From assembly GCA_964534375.1 (NCBI GenBank), contig CAZHPN010000117.1, forward strand, positions 1-19,739: DNA of 19,739 bases, written 5' to 3'. Positions 17,203 through 19,739 of this stretch are shown here, in pieces. A program made the translations under genes and the position numbers. A model generated the notes under the pieces. The model saw only the letters and a list, made by a program, of their open reading frames with translations, searched no databases and was not told the origin of the DNA. The DNA comes from an uncultured bacterium. GTDB lineage: Bacteria > Lernaellota > Lernaellaia > Lernaellales > Lernaellaceae. Each line of letters starts with the position of its first letter. Position 1 is the stretch's first letter.

Positions 17203-18117
17203 CTACGCCGCGGGGCTCGGAAACAGATTCGTCGACAGATACCGTTCGCCGCCGTCGGCCAGCAAGACGACGATCAGGCCGCTCGCGATTTCCTTCGCCT
17301 TTTCGAGCGCGAGCCACATCGCGGCGCCGCTGCTCATGCCGCACAGCAGGCCCTCTTCGCGCGCGAGGCGGCGCGTCGTGGCGTACGCGTCTTCGTCCTG
17401 CACGATGCGTTTTTCGTCGACGGCCTTTTTGTTCCAGATGCCCGGCACGTACGCCTCTTTGAGGCTCTTCAGGCCCTGAATCTTGTGCCCGATCTTCGGC
17501 TCGGCGGCGACGATCTGCACCGCCGGGTTTTGTTCCTTAAGATAGCGCGAAACGCCCATCACCGTGCCAGTCGTGCCGATCGCGCCGACGAAATGCGTCA
17601 CCTGGCCGTCCGTCTGGCGCCAGATTTCCGGTCCGGTGCCGCGATAATGCGCCAGCGGATTGGCCTCGTTGTTGTACTGATCGACCAATGCGAATTTGCC
17701 GTCCTTGTCGGCGCGCTCCATCTCGTAGACCCGCTCGATCGCGCCGTCGGTGCCCAGCTCGCCGGGCGTTAACAAAAACTCCGCTCCGTAGGCCGCGAGA
17801 ATTTTACGCCGTTCGACGCTGACGCTTTCGCTCATCGCCAGCAGGCAGCGATAGCCTTTGAGCGTGCAAACCATCGCCAGGCCGATGCCCGTGTTGCCGC
17901 TCGTGGCTTCGAGCACGGTCATGCCGGCTTTCAGCTTGCCGCTCTGTTCGGCGGCTTCCACCATCGCCAGGCCGATGCGGTCTTTGACCGACCCGCCCGG
18001 ATTGGCGCCTTCGAGCTTGGCGAGAATCGTCACGCGCGGATTCGGATTCATCCGCCGAATCTCCGCGACGGGCGTCTTGCCGATCAGGTCCAGCACGTGC
18101 GGCTGTAACTTTTCCAA
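17203..18117 (-). CDS. cysM: PLP-dependent cysteine synthase (CysK/CysM family)
   Basis: IGKTP, KLEGANPGGSVKDR, EATSGNTG, GTTGT, GMSSGA, DGGERYLS; TTG start 18117 with GGAG RBS; CysM vs CysK assignment tentative. Confidence 0.88.
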   Translation of the reverse strand: MEKLQPHVLDLIGKTPVAEIRRMNPNPRVTILAKLEGANPGGSVKDRIGLAMVEAAEQSGKLKAGMTVLEATSGNTGIGLAMVCTLKGYRCLLAMSESVSVERRKILAAYGAEFLLTPGELGTDGAIERVYEMERADKDGKFALVDQYNNEANPLAHYRGTGPEIWRQTDGQVTHFVGAIGTTGTVMGVSRYLKEQNPAVQIVAAEPKIGHKIQGLKSLKEAYVPGIWNKKAVDEKRIVQDEDAYATTRRLAREEGLLCGMSSGAAMWLALEKAKEIASGLIVVLLADGGERYLSTNLFPSPAA

Positions 18118-18152
18118 ATTCGCTCCGTTGGCTTTCGGTTTTCGATGGCTAC

Positions 18153-18161
18153 AGTATAGCA
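18153..18161 (-). promoter_or_regulatory. extended -10 element upstream of cysteine synthase
   Basis: TGcTATACT on the minus strand. Confidence 0.45.
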
Positions 18162-18221
18162 GAACGATGGGGCGTTGGACGGCCCGCTCGTTGCAAAAAA
18201 ACTTCATATCGGAGGCGCAGC

Positions 18222-19493
18222 GTGGAGGACACTTCTCGGACGACGAGCAAAAGCGGCCTGACCATACACGAGCATCGGCGAAAAGATTATCGGCGCGTAT
18301 CGCCGCCGGCCGTAAAAACCGGCCGGAGGGCGCGCGACGTCATCGCGTTGATTGTCTTCGCGGCGGCCGTCGCCGCCGTGGAGATCGGGTTCTTCCACGC
18401 GGATCCCTTGCTGACGCCGCTGATGAAATTCGTGCGGGCGGCCATGATTCTGCTGCTCCCCTGCGCCGCAATCGCCGCGGGCTGGCTCTACATCAACGTG
18501 CGCCGCGGCCTCGTGTCGAAGATGGCTGTCGCCGGGCTGATCTTTGCCGCGTCTCTCTTTGTGCTGCTGGCGACGCCGACCGCGATGACCATCCGCGACT
18601 ACCGCCTCGAAACCAACCTGTCGAATTACCATCCGTTTCTGCAGGTCTCGCCGCCGGACTACCAAGACCGGCCCGCGCCCGTCGGTCAAACGCCCGTGAA
18701 GATTTTCTGCCTCGGCGGCTCGACCACGGAATTCAGCGACAACCACGGCCGGCGCTGGACGGGTCTTCTCGAATCCGAATTGCAGGATCGCTATCGCGGC
18801 AAAGCCGTCCAGGTCTACAACTTCGGCAAACAGTGGTACACAACCGAGCACTTGCTCATCAATTACACGATCAATCTGCGACAGCACAAACCCGACGTGG
18901 TCGTGGTCATGGAGGCCATCAACGACCTCCTGCCCAACGCCGATTTCTCGAATCTCAGCATCGGCCCGTTCCGCGACGACTACCGCCACTTCGTCGGGCC
19001 GCTCTACCGGGTGCTGCAGCGCGAGACTTTCTGGGGGAACGCGATCGAGATCGGCTCGCGCATCTGGTACAGCCATCCGCGGCAGGTCATCGAGACCGAT
19101 CATTTCCCCGGCCTCGCGCCCTATGAGCGCAATCTGCGCACCTTGATCGCCTACGCCCGCGCCGACGGGGTCAAGGTGGTCTTGATGACGCAGCCGACGT
19201 TGCTCAAGGAATCGATGACCCCGCAGGAGCAGGCCGTCTTGATCATGGCGAATTTCGAGGCCGTCGGCCCGACGAAGCGCTGGAGCCGCCAGACCGCGTG
19301 GCGCGGCATGACCCAGTACGACGACGCGGTTCGCCGCGTGGCCCAGCAGGAGGGCGTGCGCCTGATCGACCTGGATCGGGCGATCCCGAAAACGACGGAA
19401 TATTTTTCCGACGACGTTCACTACCACGGCATCGCCATGACCAAAATCGCCGACGTCATCGCCGGAGAATTCCAGAAACAACACATCCTATAA
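18222..19493 (+). CDS. membrane-anchored SGNH/GDSL hydrolase family protein
   Basis: GGAGG RBS before GTG; three TM helices; CLGGSTT, VYNFG, AINDL, FSDDVH. Confidence 0.85.
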   Translation: MEDTSRTTSKSGLTIHEHRRKDYRRVSPPAVKTGRRARDVIALIVFAAAVAAVEIGFFHADPLLTPLMKFVRAAMILLLPCAAIAAGWLYINVRRGLVSKMAVAGLIFAASLFVLLATPTAMTIRDYRLETNLSNYHPFLQVSPPDYQDRPAPVGQTPVKIFCLGGSTTEFSDNHGRRWTGLLESELQDRYRGKAVQVYNFGKQWYTTEHLLINYTINLRQHKPDVVVVMEAINDLLPNADFSNLSIGPFRDDYRHFVGPLYRVLQRETFWGNAIEIGSRIWYSHPRQVIETDHFPGLAPYERNLRTLIAYARADGVKVVLMTQPTLLKESMTPQEQAVLIMANFEAVGPTKRWSRQTAWRGMTQYDDAVRRVAQQEGVRLIDLDRAIPKTTEYFSDDVHYHGIAMTKIADVIAGEFQKQHIL

Positions 19494-19698
19494 GTCGGTT
19501 TTGGCGCCGAGCGTCCGGCACAAGCGAGGGCGCGCTGCGGAGGCGTGTGACATATGAGCCTCTTGCACAAATACCGGCTCAAGGCGCGACCCGTCGCACC
19601 GACCCCTCCCCGACGCGGCATAGGCTTTAGGATTAAGAGCGGCGATGCTTCAAATGGCGCAGAATTGCGCTCTTTGTTGGTCGTGCAGACCTCTCCCC

Positions 19699-19726
19699 GG
19701 AAATTTCGGCTCCCGCCGAAATTTCC
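19699..19726. other. perfect 12-bp hairpin
   Basis: GGAAATTTCGGC-TCCC-GCCGAAATTTCC. Confidence 0.7.
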
Positions 19727-19739
19727 TGCCCCTCCCCGA

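Overview
GC-rich bacterial chromosomal window; gene style (Asp-rich lipoprotein, ftsEX-envC-S41-deacetylase order, cbb3 cluster) suggests a deltaproteobacteria-like lineage (inference). Left to right: 3' part of a cbb3-type oxidase cluster (CcoO-cytochrome c fusion, CcoS, small membrane protein, atypical cytochrome c); Asp-rich beta-propeller lipoprotein; alpha/beta hydrolase; SGNH/TPR protein; two lipoproteins; ftsE-ftsX-envC-ctpA-divergent polysaccharide deacetylase operon; secreted SRPBCC protein; BrnT/BrnA-like TA pair bracketed by a duplication of the 3' end of the neighbouring cysS-like gene; a full-length CysRS-like gene whose HIGH, KMSKS and one Zn-ligand motif are altered; an MNT-HEPN pair; cysteine synthase; a second SGNH protein. 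The most notable element is the degenerate CysRS paralog, co-oriented with cysteine synthase and flanked by two TA modules.
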